Below are positions 31,347 to 39,550 of a stretch of DNA of 64,000 bases, in pieces. Position 1 is the first letter of the stretch; every line of letters starts with the position of its first letter. This DNA is from a virus: positions 1-64,000 of the IMG/VR virus record IMGVR_UViG_3300025266_000004; one strand, given 5' to 3'. The position numbers and the translations under genes were made by a program. Under the pieces are notes generated by a model. It was not told the DNA's origin. It did not search any database and saw only the letters and a program-made list of their open reading frames with translations.

Positions 31347-31520
31347 TTAATTGTTTATTAGATAGTAATATACAGCCCAACTTACAGCACATGATATACT
31401 TGCGAATTTGTTATTCAATCTTTGTGTTTTGTAATATGTTACTGTAGTACCTATATAATCAAGTGTAAACTTAATACAAATTAGGAATACTATTGCTTCT
31501 ATTATTAGTTCTATGTTCAT
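31347..31520 (-). CDS. Small membrane protein (57 aa, not in ORF track)
   Basis: MNIELIIEAIVFLICIKF..., with two hydrophobic stretches. Confidence 0.55.
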   Translation of the reverse strand: MNIELIIEAIVFLICIKFTLDYIGTTVTYYKTQRLNNKFASISCAVSWAVYYYLINN

Positions 31521-31521
31521 G

Positions 31522-31740
31522 TTATACTATTTTATGTTGTGGATATTTAGTATCCATTGGTTTATAATTTTCTCCACTTGTTTTACCACAAGTTTTACAT
31601 TCCATTTTAGGTATTACTTTACTATGAAAATAGGCATCATCATAACCTGATACACCTTTTTCTTCAGTATTACAATGCTCACATACCATTATAGCTGTAA
31701 AATCTCTTCTATTTTGGTTAGTAATTTTCTTTATCTTCGT
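31522..31740 (-). CDS. Zn-ribbon phage protein, apparent ACG start
   Basis: (T)KIKKITNQNRRDFTAIMVCEHC...CKTC has two CxxC motifs; an A-rich leader precedes the ACG. Confidence 0.6.
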   Translation of the reverse strand, partial: TKIKKITNQNRRDFTAIMVCEHCNTEEKGVSGYDDAYFHSKVIPKMECKTCGKTSGENYKPMDTKYPQHKIV

Positions 31741-31750
31741 CGTTTGTTTT

Positions 31751-32032
31751 TTAGTGGTAATCTCTATATATTTTATATTTACCGTACTTCTCTTCATATG
31801 TAGTAAGTAGTTTTCGTCTAATACCTTGTGCGACATCTGCTTGACTACCACACAAACCAATAACTCCCCTTAGTATATGAATACTAGCTTCCATAGTTAG
31901 TATCTCTTGTAAAGCTTCAGCTTGTTCAACAGTCACCATATCTACTGCACTACCATCACCGTCATAATCAATTTCTTTACCTTCTTTAGCAAAGTATTCA
32001 TGTGCTAATGTTAACTCTAAATTTACTCTCAT
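31751..32032 (-). CDS. Hypothetical protein
   Basis: 93-aa ORF with an ATGA overlap. Confidence 0.6.
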   Translation of the reverse strand: MRVNLELTLAHEYFAKEGKEIDYDGDGSAVDMVTVEQAEALQEILTMEASIHILRGVIGLCGSQADVAQGIRRKLLTTYEEKYGKYKIYRDYH

Positions 32033-32499
32033 CGTTTATTTCTTTTTTGTGATTTACGTTTAGCTTTACGTTTAGCTTTGTTCTTAGCATTAGTTTTAGC
32101 TTCTTTTTCGTCGTTGTGTTTGTCGCCTATAATAGTATCTAAATTGTGATTTGATTCAGGAATTAAATATCTTAGTACTTCATCATCACGACGTACTTCT
32201 TCAATAGTCTTTTCTTTACAGTTCATAAATATTACGTTTTTCTGTTGTTCTACTACTAATTCAGATAGTGTAGTAGTTAAATTAGTTCTACCATGATCTA
32301 TATGACCAATTATTCCCATATTTTTCGGAAGTATAGGTAATGTAAAATCTAACTTACCACTATCTCTTAAAATACGACCAAAACGTTGTGGGTGTCTTCT
32401 TGCTTTATAATTTAAAAACCTAGTACGTGTACTAATAATGTTTCTACCATAGTAACACTCAGGGTGGTCTTTCTCTGTCCATTCTTCAAAATTGTTCAT
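32029..32499 (-). CDS. Hypothetical protein with EF-Tu G1-like peptide and basic tail
   Basis: NMGIIGHIDHGRTNLT; C-terminus KNKAKRKAKRKSQKRNKR. Confidence 0.65.
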   Translation of the reverse strand: MNNFEEWTEKDHPECYYGRNIISTRTRFLNYKARRHPQRFGRILRDSGKLDFTLPILPKNMGIIGHIDHGRTNLTTTLSELVVEQQKNVIFMNCKEKTIEEVRRDDEVLRYLIPESNHNLDTIIGDKHNDEKEAKTNAKNKAKRKAKRKSQKRNKR

Positions 32500-32502
32500 A
32501 TA

Positions 32503-32709
32503 CTATGTTATGTAATTAATTAATATTAAACTACTCAATACAAACAAAAGACTTTCAAGTGTTATGTCAGTAGTTTCTTTTTTTTCTTTAGTTCTATTTT
32601 TAAGCTCAGTGAATATTCTTTTAAGCTTAGTAAAGGTTACTATAAAACTAGTCACTGCTAGCATCATTATTACTGTCTCCATAGTTCTATAGGTTTTTAA
32701 TTTCTTCAA
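32503..32709 (-). CDS. Small membrane protein
   Basis: Two hydrophobic segments. Confidence 0.5.
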   Translation of the reverse strand: MKKLKTYRTMETVIMMLAVTSFIVTFTKLKRIFTELKNRTKEKKETTDITLESLLFVLSSLILINYIT

Positions 32710-33109
32710 TTACTTCTTCCCAGTATTGTATTATTACTTTATTGTTTTTATGAAGAGATTCAATAACAACTTCAGCACATAAAACAGCTTGAACTTTAGC
32801 TGCTATTTGTTCTTTAATATGATCTTCTTTTGAGTAGTCAAATATATTGCCTCTAAAAAATTTATTACCTAGTTCGTTAGCTTTCTCTTTAGGTGTTAAC
32901 ACGTCATCCTTTTGATCTGAAGATTTATCCTGTATTACAGCTTCAATAGGTTCTCTATCAAATAGTATTAAATAATATCTATTATCTGCTTCTAAATACT
33001 TTATAGGTTCAGATACATTAATAATATTCCAGCCTCTTTTACTCCATCCGTTTAACTCGTTGACAATGTCATCATCAATAGATACTTGTACATTTCTAAA
33101 TTCTTTCAT
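32687..33109 (-). CDS. Hypothetical phage protein
   Basis: C-terminal TPKEKANEL...YWEEVIEEI module. Confidence 0.65.
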   Translation of the reverse strand: MKEFRNVQVSIDDDIVNELNGWSKRGWNIINVSEPIKYLEADNRYYLILFDREPIEAVIQDKSSDQKDDVLTPKEKANELGNKFFRGNIFDYSKEDHIKEQIAAKVQAVLCAEVVIESLHKNNKVIIQYWEEVIEEIKNL

Positions 33110-33120
33110 AATTCTATAGT

Positions 33121-33546
33121 TTAATTGTTATCTTCTAAAAAGACATTTGTATGTCTCTTTTCTACTTTCTTGTTCCCTAAATCGTCCATTACACTACTTA
33201 TATAATATAAAGTTACAATAGTTAATTGTATATCAGTTTCTTTATTAGTTACTCTAGTGAACATCTTCTTATACCTTCTTTTTCTACTATAAAATATATA
33301 GTACATTGGTATATGTTTGCAAAAACAATTTATAATACCTCTTTCTACTTTCCATTGCCTGCTTAATTTAGCTCTTCTAGAAAAGTCATACTCTAGTTCA
33401 TGTGTTATATGAAAATGAATTATACCGACAATTACTAAAATAGACATTACTCCCATTAATATAAATGGTAAATAAGGGTGTATAAAATGTGATAAAAAAA
33501 TCACACCCATTACTGATATTACTAATTCTCCTACTCCTAAATACAT
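33121..33546 (-). CDS. Membrane protein
   Basis: Two N-terminal hydrophobic helices. Confidence 0.6.
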   Translation of the reverse strand: MYLGVGELVISVMGVIFLSHFIHPYLPFILMGVMSILVIVGIIHFHITHELEYDFSRRAKLSRQWKVERGIINCFCKHIPMYYIFYSRKRRYKKMFTRVTNKETDIQLTIVTLYYISSVMDDLGNKKVEKRHTNVFLEDNN

Positions 33547-33550
33547 AGTA

Positions 33551-33853
33551 TTATACTTTAGTTTGTCCTGTTAAAATAGGTGCTTTACCTGTCTTCACGT
33601 AATTTGTTACAGTCTTCGAATTGAATACATAACAAATACTCGCTTTGTCATTGAATAAAATGATACTATTATCTTTGTCACCTATTATTTCACTGTATCT
33701 ATTGAACGAGAAAGGAGTACTATCAAAATCTAGTTTAGTATCGTACATTCTCAACTCTCTTGACGCACCACCTACAAACATGAATTTCTTCATTACAGGC
33801 TTAGACACTATACCATTTTCTATTAATTTCTCTATTAGTTTTATTATATACAT
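33551..33853 (-). CDS. Hypothetical protein
   Basis: 100-aa ORF. Confidence 0.6.
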   Translation of the reverse strand: MYIIKLIEKLIENGIVSKPVMKKFMFVGGASRELRMYDTKLDFDSTPFSFNRYSEIIGDKDNSIILFNDKASICYVFNSKTVTNYVKTGKAPILTGQTKV

Positions 33854-33885
33854 TATTTTATTGTTATTAGTTCTAGGTTCATAAT

Positions 33886-34785
33886 TTAATTAAATATCTC
33901 GTCTATTAATGTAAATAGTTTTGTCTGTTCTAATTTAAAACTATCTTTCTCCTTTGTTTGTACATTTCTTAGTACTTTTATTAGAGCACCAAAATAAGCT
34001 ACGTCAACACCAATTAATTGTTCTTCTAAAACATTGACATCGTTCAAGTCTAAAAGTGATATTTGGTACATTATTTTAAGGTACTCACCTGCACCTATTT
34101 TATATCCTCTTAAAATGAACTTTTTACTTCTTATTATAGATGTTAAAGGATATAAAGAACCTTGGTATCCCAATTGTTTAGTTAAAAGTGACTCTACAGC
34201 TTCTTTATTAGTCACTAAACCATCTTCCATTGTGAAATAATTAGTAGCATGAATAAAATCAAAGCTTTTATGTATCTCTTCAACAGTACCACTGAATCTT
34301 GTAACCACTTGAACGTCATTAGAAAGACTTATTGCATTAGGTGAGAAATAATCAGGTGTGTATTTATTCTTTTCAATATCTTCAACCTTATTACTTTTGT
34401 TTACTCCAGTACCACCTTGATCACCACCTATAAGTAATCTTACTTGTCCTTCTTTGAGGTTATCTACAGCCATAGTAAATTGATTACTTATACCGTATGA
34501 GTTATAAGCTTCTACTGTTGTGTAAACATCTTTTAATATACTATTTAATACAGTTATATCTCTATGATTCTTAGTATAATAAATAGCTAGTCTTTCAAGT
34601 ACGGATATATCCGTAATATAGACATCATAATCATTGACATCTTCATTAAGAAATAAAGATGCTATACAACCACCACTGACAACTAGATTATCTCTAACAT
34701 CTTTAGCTAGGTTTTTGTCTGTTATAGTAGACAACCATTCAAACATCTTCTTTCTTATTACTTTTGTTATTGTTTTCTTTTGCAT
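33886..34785 (-). CDS. Pol-beta-superfamily nucleotidyltransferase (poly(A) polymerase/CCA head-domain-like)
   Basis: VVSGGCIASL...VNDYDVY (GG and DxD), FDF, and RSKKFILRGY. Confidence 0.75.
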   Translation of the reverse strand: MQKKTITKVIRKKMFEWLSTITDKNLAKDVRDNLVVSGGCIASLFLNEDVNDYDVYITDISVLERLAIYYTKNHRDITVLNSILKDVYTTVEAYNSYGISNQFTMAVDNLKEGQVRLLIGGDQGGTGVNKSNKVEDIEKNKYTPDYFSPNAISLSNDVQVVTRFSGTVEEIHKSFDFIHATNYFTMEDGLVTNKEAVESLLTKQLGYQGSLYPLTSIIRSKKFILRGYKIGAGEYLKIMYQISLLDLNDVNVLEEQLIGVDVAYFGALIKVLRNVQTKEKDSFKLEQTKLFTLIDEIFN

Positions 34786-34789
34786 AGTT

Positions 34790-35308
34790 CTATTTGTTTA
34801 ACATGAGTATTATAAACCCAATGATTAATAAGTATGTAAGAATAGTTACATATCTGTATATTCTATTCTCTTTTACTTGTTTATCTATTTCTACACTAAA
34901 TAAATCTTGTGTTATTTTATACTTTTGAATAGTATTATCTTTAGCTTGCATGATACCATCTAATTTAATTAGTTCAATATTATGCTCTTCCTCTAGTCGT
35001 CTATTAGTTTTCATTAGTTGTCTATTAGTCTTAAGTAATTGTTCTAATTCAAACTCATGTGTGCCCTTTAATGTTATATCTTCTTTAAAGTCTACTTCTC
35101 TGTATGTTAAAGTAAGTATTGTGTTATCTTCTCTACCTTCAAGTTCGATGTTTCTTTTACTGAATGTGAAAATAGGCTCTAAATTGTCCATTCCAATCTT
35201 TTTTATCAGATCACGAAGCATCATATCTTTTGTTATAATCTCTGCTTTTTCAGGTGTAACAGACCGACCGATCTGATTTTCTATTATCTCTTCTATTATA
35301 TGTTTCAT
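34790..35308 (-). CDS. Coiled-coil protein with C-terminal TM helix
   Basis: 172 aa; hydrophobic C-terminus. Confidence 0.6.
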   Translation of the reverse strand: MKHIIEEIIENQIGRSVTPEKAEIITKDMMLRDLIKKIGMDNLEPIFTFSKRNIELEGREDNTILTLTYREVDFKEDITLKGTHEFELEQLLKTNRQLMKTNRRLEEEHNIELIKLDGIMQAKDNTIQKYKITQDLFSVEIDKQVKENRIYRYVTILTYLLIIGFIILMLNK

Positions 35309-35493
35309 TTTATATTTAATTTAATTATTTTATAATCATCATTTAACATAACACTCTTATATGAATTAGCACTTCTAAAACCTTTGAATATCTTAGCTTT
35401 GGTTACATCATCAGAAGTACAACTCACACCATCAGTGTTATAATATACAAATTCCTTTGTTGTTTTATGTATTATTATACGTAGGTCTAACAT
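35305..35493 (-). CDS. Small hypothetical protein
   Basis: 62 aa, tightly packed. Confidence 0.55.
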   Translation of the reverse strand: MLDLRIIIHKTTKEFVYYNTDGVSCTSDDVTKAKIFKGFRSANSYKSVMLNDDYKIIKLNIK

Positions 35494-35501
35494 AGTTATA
35501 T

Positions 35502-36179
35502 TTAGTCTTGAAAGGGTATTCTACTGTTACCTTTATGTTTGTCTTTGAATTTATGTATATTACTAACTTTCACAAGTTGTCTAGTATGGTGAAAAGGTGG
35601 TATACCTTCTATTATTACATATTTTTCTTCTTTTATTATTAACACAAATAGTATTTTATGTGTTTGTATAAGACCACTAGTACTATTCAATACATTATCG
35701 TATACTTTAAGTTCCACGTAAGCATAATCAGTTGTAGTTTCTTTTAGTTTGGTTACTTCCTCTAGTCTGTCTTTCAGTTCTTTTACTGGGAATACATTAG
35801 TAGGTTTATATGGATTATAATCTACTAATTCTTTTAGTAAATCTACATCAACTATATCATCTATACTACCACCACTAGTTAACCACTCATTGTACCAATC
35901 CTCTGCCATTTTACTTTGAATAGGTGCATTAGTTACTACTTCCTTAACTGGTTTGTCTAGTAATTTAGCTCTTATTGAGTATTCTATACTTTTACATTCA
36001 AGACTAAAACCATTATTTTTATATTCTATGAATACTGATTGACAATAGTCTTGTTTTGTTATCTTTAGAGGTTCTATAGTAATTAGACAATCAGGTGTTC
36101 TAAATTCTACAAAAATAGTATCTTTACTGTCTATTATTCTTTGTATATCTTGTACTATTAAATCTGCTATTGTTGTCAT
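35502..36179 (-). CDS. Hypothetical protein
   Basis: 225-aa ORF. Confidence 0.65.
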   Translation of the reverse strand: MTTIADLIVQDIQRIIDSKDTIFVEFRTPDCLITIEPLKITKQDYCQSVFIEYKNNGFSLECKSIEYSIRAKLLDKPVKEVVTNAPIQSKMAEDWYNEWLTSGGSIDDIVDVDLLKELVDYNPYKPTNVFPVKELKDRLEEVTKLKETTTDYAYVELKVYDNVLNSTSGLIQTHKILFVLIIKEEKYVIIEGIPPFHHTRQLVKVSNIHKFKDKHKGNSRIPFQD

Positions 36180-36222
36180 ATTATTGTGTGTTTATTAAAT
36201 TATGTGATAAAGTTTTAAATTA

Positions 36223-36540
36223 TCATATATAATTAGGTACGTCTTTTTCTTCTCTCTTGTGTTCAAAAGTAATCACTAAATCAATGTAATCACCCACTAT
36301 CGAATATGTTATAATATCGAACTTGTAATCAATCTCTTTGATAGCTGTAAGAATACGTTCTTCTTTAGTTGCTTTACCTTCTATTAAACGCCTTAGTTTA
36401 TCTTGATGTTCATATACTCTTTTCTTTTGTTCACCTTCATATTCTCCAAATGATAATCTATCATCTGTTTTATGCCACTGTTCATCTCGTTTAAATCTAG
36501 TGTTATAATATTCTTCGTACCCTTCTAAATTAAATGTCAT
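36223..36540 (-). CDS. Hypothetical protein
   Basis: 105 aa, preceded by a TTTAACAACAAA leader. Confidence 0.65.
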   Translation of the reverse strand: MTFNLEGYEEYYNTRFKRDEQWHKTDDRLSFGEYEGEQKKRVYEHQDKLRRLIEGKATKEERILTAIKEIDYKFDIITYSIVGDYIDLVITFEHKREEKDVPNYI

Positions 36541-36560
36541 AGTGTTTGTTGTTAAATGTG

Positions 36561-36881
36561 TTATAATAGTTCTGATATCTTATTTATTATATATAGTATT
36601 AATATCATTAATAGTACAATTGGTATTGCTATACCAACCACGATACCTACTATTGGTGATAGTACTATTAAGAGTATCATATTAAACATTATCTCTGTAT
36701 CATAGTGTTCATCTTTTCTTCGTCTTCTTTCAAGTATTATTTGATATACTGCAAAACATATAACTATAAGAGAACCAATAATACTTATAATAATATGTAT
36801 ATTGTTATCGTTTATGAATATCATTTGTTCTTCTGTCATTATGTGTTTTAAATTATTTGTTAAGTGTTCTCCAATCATCAA
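36561..36881 (-). CDS. Small membrane protein
   Basis: Long hydrophobic segments; the true start is probably MTEEQ. Confidence 0.6.
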   Translation of the reverse strand: MMIGEHLTNNLKHIMTEEQMIFINDNNIHIIISIIGSLIVICFAVYQIILERRRRKDEHYDTEIMFNMILLIVLSPIVGIVVGIAIPIVLLMILILYIINKISELL

Positions 36882-37164
36882 ATACAGCTATTACTTTATC
36901 TATTTCAAACTCTTTTGCAAAACTAAATGTTAAAATATCCATATCTTTAGGGTCTAAAATACTCTGTATATCATTATTTCTATATGCTTTAGCTCTCAGT
37001 CTACGTATAAATGTTCTAACTTTAATAATTAGTATCATCTTATCTGTGTTACTATTACTTAAACGAACTTTAAACTCATTTATTTCATCTAAATATTCTT
37101 TTACATTTTTAAATACTATAATAGTCTCTGTAATACTGTGTGGTATTTCATCATCTTTGTTCAT
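36853..37164 (-). CDS. Hypothetical protein
   Basis: 103-aa ORF. Confidence 0.6.
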   Translation of the reverse strand: MNKDDEIPHSITETIIVFKNVKEYLDEINEFKVRLSNSNTDKMILIIKVRTFIRRLRAKAYRNNDIQSILDPKDMDILTFSFAKEFEIDKVIAVFDDWRTLNK

Positions 37165-37167
37165 AGT

Positions 37168-37329
37168 TTATCTGTTATATATTGCTAATGTATTTATTAC
37201 TATTATTATTATACATAACCATGCTATTACACCCATTGTTATCTCTACAAATCGTTTATATATTGTGTATGTCTTAAAAAAGAATAAATGGTATGTCGCT
37301 TCAAGGTATTTATATATGTATTTCTTCAT
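37168..37329 (-). CDS. Small membrane peptide (start MKKYIYK)
   Basis: C-terminal hydrophobic helix; a variant of the leader motif lies upstream. Confidence 0.5.
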   Translation of the reverse strand: MKKYIYKYLEATYHLFFFKTYTIYKRFVEITMGVIAWLCIIIIVINTLAIYNR

Positions 37330-37372
37330 GTTATTGTTTATTGTTAAATGTGTTAATATAATGTTATAAAAC

Positions 37373-37482
37373 ACCAATCTAAATAGTACATCTTCTCTGT
37401 GCCTTAAATGTCTGACGGATGGTGTACTTTCAATATATACTTCAACGATTCAAAGCTCCATGTATATATCTATTAGATTGGT
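37373..37482 (-). ncRNA. Candidate structured RNA element (three-way junction)
   Basis: 10-bp closing stem ACCAATCTAA/TTAGATTGGT with two internal stems; no ORF. Confidence 0.45.
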
Positions 37483-37493
37483 ATTGTAATTAG

Positions 37494-37595
37494 TAGTCAA
37501 GACAGGATTCGAACCTGTAAAACTGCTACCTCGTAAGGTTTCGTCATAATACCCATGGATTTACATACTGCGTCTACCAGTTTCGCCACTTGACT
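37494..37595 (-). tRNA. tRNA-like RNA with non-canonical anticodon domain (isotype undetermined)
   Basis: Acceptor stem AGTCAAG/CTTGACT, D arm GCG-AAACTGGTAGA-CGC, T arm ACAGG-TTCGAAT-CCTGT, and about 50 nt between D and T arms with no clean anticodon stem-loop. Confidence 0.75.
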
Positions 37596-37610
37596 ATTAT
37601 AATTAATACT

Positions 37611-37927
37611 CTATTTTATATATTTAAAGTTATGGTGATTGATATACTCTATATCATCTAATCTATTATCTCTTTCAACAAAGTCTTCTTTGTTAGTTAC
37701 CTCTTTAAATTTATTAGTACGTACTACCTCATTACCACCTCTATATATACCAAAGTATCTCCAACTTGTTAATTCATAGAATAACCTACTACAGTTTCTA
37801 ATCTCATCTCTAGTAGTTACAGCGGTAACATTAGGCACTGTTTCTTTAATTGTTTTAACAGTAGTAGTTTCAATATTTAATTCTGTTGTAGTCTCCTCTG
37901 TTGTACTATATACTATTATTGTTTGCA
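37611..37927 (-). CDS. Hypothetical early protein
   Basis: About 105 aa, with the leader motif upstream. Confidence 0.6.
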
Positions 37928-37952
37928 TATCTTTGGTTTATTTGTTGTTAAA

Positions 37953-38429
37953 TTATCCTATTGTCCATCTGTAGACTATACAAGATTCTGAACATTTGAT
38001 TCTTTTCTCAGTATCACCATCTTTAACTATACGATATTTAATATTATCAATAGTTACAGTTCTTAGTATAGTATATATTTCAGGTTTTCCGTATAGTTTA
38101 CAACCACCACCTTTGTCTTCATATGATATATTCTCTTCTATATCAGAACTAGTAGCAGTCTTTTCTCTTTGTCTAATTTCAGCTTTTTCTTCTAGTATAA
38201 TCTCACCTTTATAAATATTATATTCCTTACTCTTTGAACTGTGCCATTGAATAGCAAATATATCAAAACTAATCTTATACATAGATTTGATGATATCTTC
38301 AACTAATTCACAACCAATGAAATCATTATGAGTAAGACCTACTTCCTCCCATTCTCCACTATCATTGAGAATATGTGATATAATATATTTAGAATACTTT
38401 ACTCTGTTGTTTATGTCTGTTATTTCCAT
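37953..38429 (-). CDS. Hypothetical early protein
   Basis: 158 aa, with the leader motif upstream. Confidence 0.65.
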   Translation of the reverse strand: MEITDINNRVKYSKYIISHILNDSGEWEEVGLTHNDFIGCELVEDIIKSMYKISFDIFAIQWHSSKSKEYNIYKGEIILEEKAEIRQREKTATSSDIEENISYEDKGGGCKLYGKPEIYTILRTVTIDNIKYRIVKDGDTEKRIKCSESCIVYRWTIG

Positions 38430-38457
38430 TATTATTTGTGTTTGTTGTTAAAATATA

Positions 38458-38604
38458 ATATAAACTCTCTTATCTACTATCAATTGTAGATGTACATAAA
38501 GACTAATAACTCATACTACTTGAATCTAGTACTTAGTCACAAGAATTGAACTTGACTCTCTCTAGATATAGACCACTACTTGTGTTATTAAAGAGAGTTT
38601 ATAT
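38458..38604 (-). ncRNA. Candidate structured RNA element (multibranch)
   Basis: Perfect 14-bp closing stem ATATAAACTCTCTT/AAGAGAGTTTATAT with nested stems. Confidence 0.5.
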
Positions 38605-38625
38605 AATATGTTGTAATACTATTTG

Positions 38626-38697
38626 TTACAGTATTGTAAATAGTATTATAAACACCATTGTAAAATCTACACCAATATAGACTGTTAAATGTTATAA
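38626..38697. repeat. Intergenic repeat, copy A
   Basis: Shares TATAAACACCATTGTAAAAT and TGTAAAATCTACAC...AAATGTTATAA with copy B. Confidence 0.8.
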
Positions 38698-38913
38698 TTT
38701 GTACACTTTAATTATATACTCTATTTCCTTTTTCCAAAATCTTACAGGATTGTTTAAATCATTAGCTACAATAAATGTCTTATTGTTAATTGCTTTAATA
38801 GAGTCTTTCCAATATTTAATATAATTATTATAATGACTTGTATTATGTCTTAAATCAAAGTCTTTTTTCTTTTGTAATTTGATCTTATAATTATCTACTT
38901 GTCCATTGTCCAT
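38692..38913 (-). CDS. Hypothetical early protein
   Basis: 73 aa, with the leader motif upstream. Confidence 0.55.
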   Translation of the reverse strand: MDNGQVDNYKIKLQKKKDFDLRHNTSHYNNYIKYWKDSIKAINNKTFIVANDLNNPVRFWKKEIEYIIKVYKL

Positions 38914-38946
38914 TTTATTTGTTGTTAAATCCGTTGTTATAATATG

Positions 38947-39417
38947 TTATAAATATGGTGTTGTATCATTACTTACAACATATTTAAGAGTATCTTTCAT
39001 CGAATCCATTTCAGCTTCAAATTCCTCTATTTCTTTGTCTGTGTGATTACCTGAATAAATACATTTATTATCAACGAATAAACTACAACCAGGTCTGTAC
39101 TGTTTATTGTATAGTAAATGACTACGAAGATTAGTAGCTTTAACGCCATTAATAACATGACCTCCATTACCATATAATCTTAGTACAGAATGTATTGTTT
39201 CACTAGAATTTACATCTAAAATACTATTCTTAATTATATACTCTCTACAATTTTGTATTGCAACTGTTCTTGCGTGTGCTTCTCTCTCTGCTACATCAGG
39301 TATAGGATTTTTTACTACTATACCACTTAAAAAATGTGTACTAAAAAATAGATGAATGTCAGAGCCATTAGCATCAGGTTTGATATGTAGTTTATACAAT
39401 TCTATTAGTTCTTTCAT
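38947..39417 (-). CDS. Hypothetical early protein
   Basis: 156-aa ORF. Confidence 0.65.
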   Translation of the reverse strand: MKELIELYKLHIKPDANGSDIHLFFSTHFLSGIVVKNPIPDVAEREAHARTVAIQNCREYIIKNSILDVNSSETIHSVLRLYGNGGHVINGVKATNLRSHLLYNKQYRPGCSLFVDNKCIYSGNHTDKEIEEFEAEMDSMKDTLKYVVSNDTTPYL

Positions 39418-39442
39418 GTTGTTAAATATTATTTGTTATATT

Positions 39443-39550
39443 ACTTATTACAGCAGTGTAAATGTCACTATAAACACCATTGTAAAATTGTACAACTATT
39501 ATTTGTACTTTTGTAAAATCTACACTAATATACACTGTAAAATGTTATAA
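39443..39550. repeat. Intergenic repeat, copy B
   Basis: The 21-mer ACTTATTACAGCAGTGTAAAT is identical to 39921-39941; the remainder matches copy A with an insertion of about 30 bp. Confidence 0.8.
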
